DNA of 64,000 bases from positions 11,908 through 75,907 of the forward strand of contig CAMAUZ010000012.1 in the NCBI GenBank assembly GCA_945861535.1, given 5' to 3'. Under the pieces are notes generated by a model. It saw only the letters and a program-made list of their open reading frames with translations. It ran no database searches and was not told the DNA's origin. Shown here in pieces: positions 1 to 7,860 of the stretch. The stretch's first letter is position 1, and the number at the start of each line of letters is the position of its first letter. This stretch comes from Akkermansia muciniphila (lineage in GTDB: Bacteria; Verrucomicrobiota; Verrucomicrobiia; Limisphaerales; BJHT01). Both the position numbers and the translations under genes were made by a program.

Positions 1-959
1 AGGCGCGCGAGGGGCTTGTTCTCGATGATCGGGATCTGGTGTTGCTTGGCGATTTCGCGGATGCGCAGGGCGTTCAGGCGCGAGCCTTTGGCGACGATGG
101 TGGGGGCTTTCATCTTTTTCCGGTCGTAGCGGAGGGCGATGGCGAGGTGGGTGGGATTGGTGACAATCACGTCGGCAGTGGGCACTTCCGCGAGCATTTT
201 GCGTTTGGAGGTGCCGCTGCGGCGCCGTTTGCGCGCGGCTTTCATCTGCGGATTGCCGTCGGAACTCTTGGCCTCATCTTTGACTTCTTCCTTGGTCATC
301 ATCATGTCGCGATGGGTGCGCCAGAGCTGGTAGCCGTAATCAATGGCGGCGATGACGACGAGGGCGAAGCCGACGCGGAAGATGATGCGCAGGCAGGAAC
401 TGGCGAGGAACCCGGCAATTCTTGCCAGATCGACGGTGGTGTAAAAAATCGGATCGGCAAAAACACTCCGGATTTCGTTGTGCGTGAGGGCGATGATCAG
501 GCTGAGCTTGGCGGCGGCCAGCGCGGTGGTGACGAGGGCGCTGGTGCTGAAGAGGCGCTGGAGACCGGCCACGGGATTGAGGCGCTCCCATTTGAATTCG
601 AGGGCCTCGCTGGCGGTGTGAAAGCGGCTCTGGAGCACGCCGGCCAGCAGCGCGCCGAAGACGCAGCTCCCCATCACGGGGCCGGCGCATTGAGCCAAAA
701 ACAATGCGGCGTTGATGCCGTAGCCCTGCATGGCGTTCTGCGTCACGGGCAGGTCGTGGAGGTGCGCCAAGTTGGTGGCGAGGAGCTGGGACATCAGACG
801 CCAGATCTGCGGGCCGGCGAGCATGAGTGCGACCGTGCCCGCCATGACGACGAAGACGGTCTGGATTTCGGCGCTGCGCGCGAACTGGCCTTTGCCCCAC
901 GCTTCTTCGAGGCGTCGGCCTGTGGGCTGCTCTGTCTTATCGCCTGCGTCTTCGGACAT
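1..959 (-). CDS. flhB: Flagellar type III export protein FlhB, 5' part (3' end lies beyond the left edge)
   Basis: Absent from the ORF track because no stop lies in the window. Reverse-strand ATG at 959-957 opens MSEDAGDKTEQPTGRRLEEAWGKGQFARSAEIQTVFVVMAG..., the conserved FlhB N-terminus. It follows fliR as in fla operons. Confidence 0.85.
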   Translation of the reverse strand, partial: MSEDAGDKTEQPTGRRLEEAWGKGQFARSAEIQTVFVVMAGTVALMLAGPQIWRLMSQLLATNLAHLHDLPVTQNAMQGYGINAALFLAQCAGPVMGSCVFGALLAGVLQSRFHTASEALEFKWERLNPVAGLQRLFSTSALVTTALAAAKLSLIIALTHNEIRSVFADPIFYTTVDLARIAGFLASSCLRIIFRVGFALVVIAAIDYGYQLWRTHRDMMMTKEEVKDEAKSSDGNPQMKAARKRRRSGTSKRKMLAEVPTADVIVTNPTHLAIALRYDRKKMKAPTIVAKGSRLNALRIREIAKQHQIPIIENKPLAR

Positions 960-1070
960 GCGTGGGGAGGGAGGTGGGCGGTCGGATTAAAAAGCAGATT
1001 TTAACCACGGATGGACACGGATGGGGAAGGCCGGAGCCGGGCCGGAAACTCATCCGCGAGCCGTGCATGT

Positions 1071-1256
1071 GGAGTGCGGTGACTCGTCACCGCTTTGCCG
1101 AGGCGACTGGTCGCCGTCGAGGGTCGGGACGCGGGCGGTGACGATGGGGCATTCACGGCTCGCGCCAGCGCAGGCGGGCGGGCGTGGAGGGACGCGCACG
1201 GCAGTTCGACGGCGACCAGTCGCCTGCGCGAAAGCGGTGACGAGTCACCGCACTCC
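1071..1256. repeat. Palindromic intergenic element R8 (about 50-bp arms)
   Basis: 1071-1120 (ggagtgcggtgactcgtcaccgcttt...gactggtcgccgtcga) is a near-perfect reverse complement of 1206-1256. Lies in the flhB-fliR spacer. Confidence 0.8.
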
Positions 1257-1337
1257 AAACCGCGGCGCTTGCGGTTTCGCTGCTCGTTTTCATCCGTGTC
1301 TGTCCGCGATGTCTCACTTGTCACTGCGTTTTCATTT

Positions 1338-2099
1338 TCAACTGCCGCTCAGCAGTTGCGCGACGCGCAGGAGGTCGTCGGGCAGGCGGCGGAGGTAGTT
1401 GAGCATGTGCTGCGCCATGAGCTGGAGGCTGAGGCCGAAGACGGTGAGGCCGGCGAGAATGCGGACGGCGAAGCTTTCGGAGAAGACGTTCATTTGCGGC
1501 ACGGCGCGGCCGAGCACGGCGAAGACGAGGGAGATGACGAAGGACACGGCGATGAGGGGCGCGGTCATGAGGACGGAGACGACGAGCAGTTGGCTCGAGC
1601 GGGCGATCAGGTCGTTGAGGAGGGAGGTTTGCAGGTGCGCGCCGCCGATGGGGAGGATTTGGTAGGTTTGCTGCCAGCTCGCGAGCATCCAGTGGTGGAA
1701 GTCGAGGCTGAGCCAGAGGAGGGCGGCGAGGTAGTTGAGGATGATGCCGGGCGCGCTGGCCGAGGCCTCGCCCATGGGGTTCATCACGGTGGGCAGGGTG
1801 AGGCCGATCTCGGCAGAGATGATCGCGCCGGCGGCGTCGAGCGCGTAGAAAAGCATGCGGCCGACGAAGCCGAGCAGCAGGCCGGTGGCGATCTCCATGA
1901 GCATCTGCATGACGAGCGCGAACAGGCTGCCGGTGGCCACGGCGGCGGGCGGGAGGCCGGGCGCGATGAGGTAAGCGAGCAGCGCGCCGAGGGCGATGCG
2001 GAGCTGCACGGGCATGTGCATGGTCGAGAAGACGGGGAAAATCGACAGCATCGCGCTGGCGCGCAGGAAGACCATCATCCAAGTGAGGAGGTCAAACAC
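1338..2099 (-). CDS. fliR: Flagellar export apparatus membrane protein FliR
   Basis: 253-aa polytopic ORF (MFDLLTWMMVFLRASAMLSIFPVF...) with FliR-like sequence and position between fliQ and flhB. Confidence 0.9.
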   Translation of the reverse strand: MFDLLTWMMVFLRASAMLSIFPVFSTMHMPVQLRIALGALLAYLIAPGLPPAAVATGSLFALVMQMLMEIATGLLLGFVGRMLFYALDAAGAIISAEIGLTLPTVMNPMGEASASAPGIILNYLAALLWLSLDFHHWMLASWQQTYQILPIGGAHLQTSLLNDLIARSSQLLVVSVLMTAPLIAVSFVISLVFAVLGRAVPQMNVFSESFAVRILAGLTVFGLSLQLMAQHMLNYLRRLPDDLLRVAQLLSGS

Positions 2100-2194
2100 G
2101 GGACGAGGAATTTTTAATCCGGAAGGCCGGAAGGGAGGAGAGGGGGAGGGGCGGAGGTTCGACCCGGTCGCTTGAGTAGAGCGCGGTTCTCCCG

Positions 2195-2331
2195 GTAGCG
2201 CAGGTTTCCAAACCTGCTGTGTCGCCGACTTCTAAGTCGGCGGGGCGTCGGCGAACACGGACGTCCGGAAATGTCCCGCGGGCCGCAGGTTTAGAAACCT
2301 GCGATACAGCAGGCTTGGAAGCCTGCGCTAC
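2195..2331. repeat. REP family R1, copy 1 (cluster of four short hairpins)
   Basis: gtagcgcaggtttccaaacctgctgtgtcgccgacttctaagtcggcgg...ccgcaggtttagaaacctgcgatacagcaggcttggaagcctgcgctac. Same element at 22900-23036, and inverted at 39798-39917. Confidence 0.9.
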
Positions 2332-2401
2332 GGGTGAGCGACGGGGACTCGCTTTGAAATGCGGGTTCAAGCAGCGGCGGGACATTTTTTGAACGGGGCG
2401 G

Positions 2402-2671
2402 TTAGCGGACCATCTGGGGCATTTTTTCGATCATGCCGATGGTGAACTCCATGAGGGTGCGAAGCATCCAGGGCATGAGGATGACGAGGAGGCCGACGAT
2501 GCCGAGGGCCTTGGGGACGAAGCTGAGGGTTTGTTCCTGGATGGAGGTGACGGCTTGAAAGAGGCTGATGCACAGGCCGATGACCATCGCCGTAAGGAGG
2601 ATCGGCGCGGCGAGGGTGACGCCTTGGAACATGAGGTTTTTCAGCAGCTCGACGGCGAATTCAGGGTTCAT
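2402..2671 (-). CDS. fliQ: Flagellar export apparatus protein FliQ
   Basis: 89-aa two-TM ORF MNPEFAVELLKNLMFQGVTLAAPILL...SIQEQTLSFVPK; FliQ family pattern and operon position. Confidence 0.9.
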   Translation of the reverse strand: MNPEFAVELLKNLMFQGVTLAAPILLTAMVIGLCISLFQAVTSIQEQTLSFVPKALGIVGLLVILMPWMLRTLMEFTIGMIEKMPQMVR

Positions 2672-2681
2672 GGGAAGGGTT

Positions 2682-2791
2682 CAGGAGCGCGCCCTCCGGG
2701 CCGCAGCGGCTGCGCGTGGAAGTGGGTGTTGGGAAATTTGAAGCATCCGCGCGGGGGTGGGGCTGCTGCGGGCGGGACGGCCGCGCTCCTG
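2682..2791. repeat. REP family R7, full palindromic copy
   Basis: caggagcgcgccctccgggccgcagcggc (2682-2710) pairs with ggctgctgcgggcgggacggccgcgctcctg (2761-2791). Lies in the fliQ-fliP spacer; a half copy is at 4391-4450. Confidence 0.7.
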
Positions 2792-2810
2792 ATGGGTGGG
2801 CGATTTCATA

Positions 2811-3860
2811 TCAGCCGGCGAAGCTCAGGACGACGGAGCGGACGACGAGTTCCCAGCCGTCCACGAGGACGAAGAGGAGGATTTTCAGCGGCAGGGAAAT
2901 GGTCATGGGCGGCATCATCATCATGCCCATGCTCATGAGCACGGTGGCGACGACGAGGTCGATGAGGATGAAGGGGATGAAGAGGAGGAAGCCCATTTGA
3001 AAGGCGGTGCGCAGTTCGCTGATGATGAAGCCGGGGACGACGACTTTGAGGGGGAGTTGGTCGGGTTCGGTGGGTCCCATTTTTGCCAAGCCCATGAAGA
3101 GTTCGACATCTTTGGGGCGGGTCTGGCGCATCATGAATTCGCGGATGGGACCGGAGGCGCGGTCCATGGCCTCGGTGCCGGTGATGGTTTTGGCGAGGAG
3201 CGGTTGGAGGGCGTCACGGTCGATGCGTTCCCACGTCGGAGCCATGATGAAGAAGGTGAGGAAGAGGGAGAGGCCGACGATGATTTGGTTGGGCGGAGCG
3301 CCTTGCAGCGAGAGGGCGGAGCGGATGAAGGAGAGCACGATCACGATGCGCGTGAAGCAGGTCATCAGGAGAATGATCGAGGGCGCGAGCGTGAGGATGG
3401 TGAGGGTGAAGAGGACCTTGATGGCGACATCGACATCCTGGACCTGGCCCGCGCCGTCGAGGCCGACGTTGAGGCGGAAGGGGGAGTTGACGCCGGTGGG
3501 GGCGGTGCCGGTCGCGGGGGCGGGCGAGGCGAGGGGGCCGAGGAAATCGAGCGGCGCGAACGGGGCGGCGGGGGGGACGGGGGCGAGGGGTTGGGCGGTG
3601 AGGGTGAGGGGCGCGAAGTGGGTGAGGAAGGCGAGGAGGGCGGCGACGGCGGTGGAGTGGAGCGGGCGGCGGGCCGCCGGTTCGCCTAAGCTTCCGGCGG
3701 CAAGTTGGCGCCGAGCGCGGGTGGGTAGGGCGCGTCTGTCCTCAGCGCGCCGGTGGGAGGTCCACACGCTCGCGGCGCGCTGAGGACAGACGCGCCCTAC
3801 CCACCGCAGTTCGGTCCGCTTAAAACCCCGAAGGAGCGCATTTTTCAGGCGAGCGCTCAT
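2811..3860 (-). CDS. fliP: Flagellar export apparatus protein FliP, with an unusual about 70-aa basic N-terminal extension that contains a REP element
   Basis: The C-terminal about 250 aa are unmistakably FliP (..LTILTLAPSIILLMTCFTRIVIVLSFIRSALSLQGAPPNQIIVGLSLFLTFFIMAP..). ATG at 3860-3858 overlaps the fliO TGA (ATGA). No ATG/GTG/TTG lies in frame between the REP and the conserved core. Confidence 0.85.
   Translation of the reverse strand: MSARLKNALLRGFKRTELRWVGRVCPQRAASVWTSHRRAEDRRALPTRARRQLAAGSLGEPAARRPLHSTAVAALLAFLTHFAPLTLTAQPLAPVPPAAPFAPLDFLGPLASPAPATGTAPTGVNSPFRLNVGLDGAGQVQDVDVAIKVLFTLTILTLAPSIILLMTCFTRIVIVLSFIRSALSLQGAPPNQIIVGLSLFLTFFIMAPTWERIDRDALQPLLAKTITGTEAMDRASGPIREFMMRQTRPKDVELFMGLAKMGPTEPDQLPLKVVVPGFIISELRTAFQMGFLLFIPFILIDLVVATVLMSMGMMMMPPMTISLPLKILLFVLVDGWELVVRSVVLSFAG
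3721..3804. repeat. REP family R2, copy 1 (30-bp inverted arms), inside the fliP 5' coding region
   Basis: gtgggtagggcgcgtctgtcctcagcgcgc ... gcgcgctgaggacagacgcgccctacccac. The second copy at 26947-27030 is intergenic. Confidence 0.9.
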
Positions 3861-4462
3861 GGTTTGCGTTCGCGGAGGTGCTGCCAGATTTCGCCGAAGG
3901 TGGCGGCTCGGGGCTGGGCTTCGGGCGGGGAGTCGTCGTCGGGGAGGTGGCTGAGGAGGGAGACGCCGCCGGGGGAGGTGCCGAGGAGGATGCGTTGGTG
4001 CTGGTAGCCAATGACGTAGATGGCGTGGCGTTGGCCGAGGGCGCGGACTTCGAGGACGTTGAGTTTGCTGGGCCGGCCGCGGTTGAGGGTGAGGCGCTGC
4101 CAGTTGCGGAAGATCCAGACGGCGCCAAGGAAGAGCGCGAAGACGAGGGCGAGCGCGCCGAAGACGCGGAGGACGGAGAAGCTGACGTCGGGGACGGTGG
4201 GTGACGCGGACACGGCGGAGGGGCGCGCGGGATCGGCGGCGAGGAGGGTGAAGGGGAGGGACAGGGAGACGGAGAGAAGGGAGAGAAGGCGAGACGAGTG
4301 GTCTCGAAGATGGCGAGTGGGTTGTGCGGCGCGAGGGGAGGGCGGGACAGAACACCGCAGAGAGGGGAAGGGCGCAGAGGGGCGGCGCGCGGAATTTTTC
4401 AGCACCTGCGCGGGTTCGTGGCTGCTGCGGGCGGGACGCCCGCGCTCCGGGGGCGGGTTCAT
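3857..4462 (-). CDS. fliO: Flagellar biosynthesis protein FliO/FliZ-like (start uncertain; alternative GTG at 4213)
   Basis: C-terminal part VLRVFGALALVFALFLGAVWIFRNWQRL...KLNVLEVRALGQRHAIYVIGYQHQRILLGTSPGGVSLLSHL fits FliO (TM plus conserved soluble part). ATG 4462-4460 overlaps the fliN TGA (ATGA). The N-terminal region runs through the R7 half copy. Confidence 0.55.
   Translation of the reverse strand: MNPPPERGRPARSSHEPAQVLKNSARRPSAPFPSLRCSVPPSPRAAQPTRHLRDHSSRLLSLLSVSLSLPFTLLAADPARPSAVSASPTVPDVSFSVLRVFGALALVFALFLGAVWIFRNWQRLTLNRGRPSKLNVLEVRALGQRHAIYVIGYQHQRILLGTSPGGVSLLSHLPDDDSPPEAQPRAATFGEIWQHLRERKP
4391..4450. repeat. REP family R7, half copy
   Basis: ggaatttttcagcacctgcgcgggttcgtggctgctgcgggcgggacgcccgcgctccgg aligns with 2732-2791. 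Confidence 0.6.
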
Positions 4463-4722
4463 TTCGTGGCTCCCACGAGTTCGGTGATTTTGATGCCGAA
4501 GCGGTCTTCGACGACGACGACTTCGCCGCGGGCAAAACGCTTTTGATTGATGAAAATATCGACGGGCGCATCGGCGGCGCGGTCGAGCTGGACGACGGAG
4601 CTGAGGGCGAGCTGGAGGACCTCGCGCATGGGCATCTGGCAGGAGCCGAGTTCGACGGTGAGTTTCACGGGCACGTCGAGGAGGGCTTCCAGATTGTTGG
4701 GGGTGGCGAGGGTGGATTCCAT
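4459..4722 (-). CDS. fliN: Flagellar motor switch protein FliN (SpoA domain only)
   Basis: 87 aa; LLDVPVKLTVELGSCQMPMREVLQLALSSVVQLDRAADAPVDIFINQKRFARGEVVVVEDRFGIKITEL is the FliN/SpoA signature. Confidence 0.85.
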   Translation of the reverse strand: MESTLATPNNLEALLDVPVKLTVELGSCQMPMREVLQLALSSVVQLDRAADAPVDIFINQKRFARGEVVVVEDRFGIKITELVGATK

Positions 4723-4743
4723 AGGCGGGCAGGCGGGCGTTTT

Positions 4744-5760
4744 TTAGGAGTGGACGGTTTGCTGGAGTTCGACCGCGCGGTGGTTCCCCTGGGTGCCGAG
4801 GCGGCCGACAAATTTGGTTTTCGAGGCGAGGCGGATTTGGATTTCCTGCACGCAGTCGGGGCTGAGCTGGATGAAGTCGCCGACCTTGAGTTGCGAGAGT
4901 TCGCGGGCGGTGATCACGAGGTTTTCCCATTGCGCGGTCACGGGGACGAGGACGTCGTCGAGCTGGGAGTTCCACTGCACAGGGCTGGCGGGGGCCTGCT
5001 CGGGGGGCTGGGCGGCGGTCTCGAGGCTGGCGCAGACTTTGCGAATGATCGGCTCGATGGTGAAGTACGGGAAGGCCAGGTGGATCGGGGCCTGGCAGTC
5101 GCCGAGGCGCGCGTCCATGGCGATGACGACCATCATGGTTTCATCGGCGGAGGTCTGGAGGAAGCTGCCGTTGTCCTCGTGGCCGAGGATGGCGGGGCGC
5201 AGTTCCAAGGGGTTCCAGTGTTTGCACCACTCGGTGAGGATGAGGGTGACGGCCTGGTCGATGAGGGACAGCTCGATGTCGGTGGGCGTGTGGTCGGTGT
5301 TGACGTTGATGCCGGGGCCGCCGAGGAGGCGGTCGAGCATGGTGAGGGCGATGGCGGGATTGAGGTCGAGTATGCAGATGCCGCGCAATGGCTCGGCTTT
5401 GAAAATGGTGATGCAGGAGGGCGTGGTGAGGCTCTCGGCAAATTTGCGGAAGGGTTGGGTGTGGAGCTTGGTGAGCTGGAGGGAAAAATCCATCCGCAGG
5501 TAGATCGACATGCGGGCGGCCAGGGCGCGGAGGTAGTCGTCGTGGCCAAGGCGGAGCTTGCGAAGTTCGCTGGCGGAGAGGAAGGCGGGATGGCGGAAAT
5601 CGTAGGGCTGGACGGCGTCGCGCTCGCGTTTCTCGACGGAGTGATTGGCCTTGTGGATGGCAACGGTGCTCTCGTCGGCGGCGACCTGCGCGAGCAGGGC
5701 CTCGACCTCGGCCTGGGTGAGGACGTCGCCCTGATTTTCCTGCGTGACACTCGAGTCCAT
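4744..5760 (-). CDS. fliM: Flagellar motor switch protein FliM
   Basis: 338 aa; N-terminal LTQAEVEALL (CheY-P binding-like), YDFRHP, a FliM middle domain, and a C-terminal SpoA-like part. Confidence 0.9.
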   Translation of the reverse strand: MDSSVTQENQGDVLTQAEVEALLAQVAADESTVAIHKANHSVEKRERDAVQPYDFRHPAFLSASELRKLRLGHDDYLRALAARMSIYLRMDFSLQLTKLHTQPFRKFAESLTTPSCITIFKAEPLRGICILDLNPAIALTMLDRLLGGPGINVNTDHTPTDIELSLIDQAVTLILTEWCKHWNPLELRPAILGHEDNGSFLQTSADETMMVVIAMDARLGDCQAPIHLAFPYFTIEPIIRKVCASLETAAQPPEQAPASPVQWNSQLDDVLVPVTAQWENLVITARELSQLKVGDFIQLSPDCVQEIQIRLASKTKFVGRLGTQGNHRAVELQQTVHS

Positions 5761-5775
5761 GAGTGACGGGGGCGG

Positions 5776-6462
5776 TTACTGGACCGCGAATTCGGTCAGG
5801 TAAATTTCCTGAACGGGGGTGGCTTTGAGCACGGTGTTGAAGACGGTGACCAGTTCGGCGCGAATCTGGTTGCGGACGCCCAGACGCTCGAGGTCGGTGA
5901 TGGACTTGCTGGCGAGGGTGGAAGCGGCGGCGTCCAGGAGCTGGTCTTTGTTCTCCTCGACCTTGGTTTTGAACTCCGGGGTATTGCCCACGAGGGTCAT
6001 GGAGACGATGAGGTAGCGGGCGCCGCCGGTGCCGAAGACGTTGACGAGGACTTTGGTGAGCGGGGCGAGGACCTTGGTTTTGGGGTCACCTTTTTTGGCG
6101 GCGGCGGCTTTGTCCGGCTTGTCGGTTTTCCCGTGGGAGTCGGCTTTGGCGGGTTTGTCGGTTTTGCCATGGGCATCGGCCTTCTCGGTTTTGCCGTGGC
6201 TGTCGGACTTGTCACCGTGGGCGTCGGCTTCGGCGGGGTCGGCGGCTTCTTCCGCGGCGGGTTTGGCGAGGGACTTCTGGAGCTTGGGCAGGACCAGGAA
6301 GTTCATGGTGGCCCACGCCAGCACGGGCATGAGCGTGAGCGTGACGATGAGCGGGAGCCACGCGGCGAGCGCGCTGGTTTTCGCCGGCGTGGCGGCACCG
6401 GCGGCCGCCGCACCGTTGGCGGCGGCGGCGGCGGGCGGCGGCGTGGGAGGTTTGCTGGCCAT
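5776..6462 (-). CDS. fliL: Flagellar basal-body-associated protein FliL, with an internal (A/S)HGKTDKP repeat tract
   Basis: N-terminal TM. The C-terminal LTKVLVNVFGTGGARYLIVSMTLVG...IRAELVTVFNTVL...VQEIYLTEFAVQ matches the FliL family. Confidence 0.8.
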   Translation of the reverse strand: MASKPPTPPPAAAAANGAAAAGAATPAKTSALAAWLPLIVTLTLMPVLAWATMNFLVLPKLQKSLAKPAAEEAADPAEADAHGDKSDSHGKTEKADAHGKTDKPAKADSHGKTDKPDKAAAAKKGDPKTKVLAPLTKVLVNVFGTGGARYLIVSMTLVGNTPEFKTKVEENKDQLLDAAASTLASKSITDLERLGVRNQIRAELVTVFNTVLKATPVQEIYLTEFAVQ

Positions 6463-6477
6463 GAGTCAGCCGTGCGC

Positions 6478-7323
6478 CTAGCGCTTGAGGTTGAGGGCTT
6501 CCTGCAACATTTCATCACTGGTGGTGATGATCTTGGCGTTGGCCTGATAGCCGCGCTGGGTGGTGATGAGGTTGGTGAATTCGTTGGCGATATCCACGTT
6601 GGCCAGTTCGAGCACGCCTTGCTGGAGGGTGCCGAGGCCGGCGGTCTGCGGGGGTTTGGGGATGGTGAACAGCGGGCCGGCGGCGTCCAGGTTGGAATAG
6701 TTGTTGCCGCCTTCTTTCACGAGGGCCTGGGGATCCATGAAATTCTGCAGCAGGATCTGGCCGCGGGTGAAGGTGGTGCCGTCGGAGGCGCTGACGAGGA
6801 GCTTGCCGTCGGAGCCGACCGCCCAGTTTTGCAGGTTGGCACCGACGGTCATGGTGGCCGGGGCACCGGTCAGATCGATCTTGATGTCGCCGAGGGTTGT
6901 CAGGGCCGCATCGTTGTACCCTTGGACCCGAAAGCCGCCGTTGGTGACGAGGTAGCCAGTTTGGTCCACGCGAAAGTCGCCGGCGCGGGTGGCCAGGGTG
7001 TTGTTGGTCACCGTGTTGCGGACGAGGAAAAAGCCTTCGCCCGCGACCCCCATGTCGGTTTCGAGACCGGTGCGGGCGAGGGGTCCCTGGGTGAAGACGC
7101 TGTGGATCGCGTTGGTGGTGACGCCGGAGCCGATCTGGCCGCCGTTGACGGCGGCCGCGCCGCCGGTGGCAAGGCGGAGGGACTGGCTGAAGTTGTCCGC
7201 AAAATCGGCGCGGGCGGACTTGTAGCCGATGGTGCCGGCGTTGGCGATGTTGTTGCCGATCACGTCCATGCGCTCCTGGAAGCTTTGCATCCCGCTGATG
7301 CCGGAAATAAGGGAACGAATCAT
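6478..7323 (-). CDS. flgE: Flagellar hook protein FlgE (short form, 281 aa)
   Basis: MIRSLISGISGMQSFQERMDVIGNNIANAGTIGYKS ... LQQGVLELANVDIANEFTNLITTQRGYQANAKIITTSDEMLQEALNLKR are the rod/hook N- and C-terminal signatures. Position after flgD. Confidence 0.75.
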   Translation of the reverse strand: MIRSLISGISGMQSFQERMDVIGNNIANAGTIGYKSARADFADNFSQSLRLATGGAAAVNGGQIGSGVTTNAIHSVFTQGPLARTGLETDMGVAGEGFFLVRNTVTNNTLATRAGDFRVDQTGYLVTNGGFRVQGYNDAALTTLGDIKIDLTGAPATMTVGANLQNWAVGSDGKLLVSASDGTTFTRGQILLQNFMDPQALVKEGGNNYSNLDAAGPLFTIPKPPQTAGLGTLQQGVLELANVDIANEFTNLITTQRGYQANAKIITTSDEMLQEALNLKR

Positions 7324-7368
7324 AATTATTACGAGGGGGTTGGGGTGGGGTTGAGGTGGTGAACTGAA

Positions 7369-7854
7369 CTACTGACTGACAGCGTACTGGGCGACGCGCT
7401 GCTGAGTTTCCGCCGCGGCGGCCGGGGCCTGGCTGATGCTGAGCACCTGCTGGAGCGTGTAGCGACCGTCGTCGATGAGCAGCACGGGCTTGCCCTCGAT
7501 GGAGCGGACTTCCGAGACGACGCCGGAAAGGGTTCTGGGCAGTTCCCCCTTGGTGGCATCGGGGTTGGTCTGCACCTGCACCAAGCGGCCGATCATCGAG
7601 CCCGCGCGCAGCATGGCGAACTCGTTGCTCATGCCCTTGGTCATCTCGAGGTTCGAGAAATTGGCCATCTGCGCGATGTAATCGGTGTCGGCCTTCGGGT
7701 TGAGCGGATCCTGATTGCTAAATTGGGCGACGAGCAGTTTCAGAAAGTCATCCTGGCCGAGGGTCTTGGTGGTGATGCGGCTCTCGGCCGGCTGGTAGCC
7801 GGGTTCGCCGGGGCCGGGAGTGGGCTTGGCGGTGATGTCGGAAATGGCAGGCAT
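7369..7854 (-). CDS. flgD: Flagellar hook assembly/capping protein FlgD
   Basis: 161 aa; LGQDDFLKLLVAQFSNQDPLNPKADTDYIAQMANFSNLE is the FlgD N-domain signature. Confidence 0.85.
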   Translation of the reverse strand: MPAISDITAKPTPGPGEPGYQPAESRITTKTLGQDDFLKLLVAQFSNQDPLNPKADTDYIAQMANFSNLEMTKGMSNEFAMLRAGSMIGRLVQVQTNPDATKGELPRTLSGVVSEVRSIEGKPVLLIDDGRYTLQQVLSISQAPAAAAETQQRVAQYAVSQ

Positions 7855-7860
7855 AGTTTT

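Noticed and set aside
39-1004. 321-aa plus-strand ORF, and the 186-aa minus ORF at 340-900
   Set aside because: Both lie in wrong frames or antisense over flhB, and their Gly/Asp/Ala- or Arg/Pro-rich compositions are typical of GC-rich off-frames. The true gene is the unlisted open frame starting at 959 on the minus strand.
2811-4571. 586-aa minus ORF treated as one protein
   Set aside because: Only the 3' 1050 nt (from ATG 3860) is FliP. The upstream part is an Arg/Pro-rich off-frame read across fliO and fliN.
3857-4975. 372-aa minus ORF as full-length FliO
   Set aside because: The N-terminal 170 aa overlap fliN and fliM in another frame and are Arg/Pro-rich. FliO starts at 4462 or 4213.
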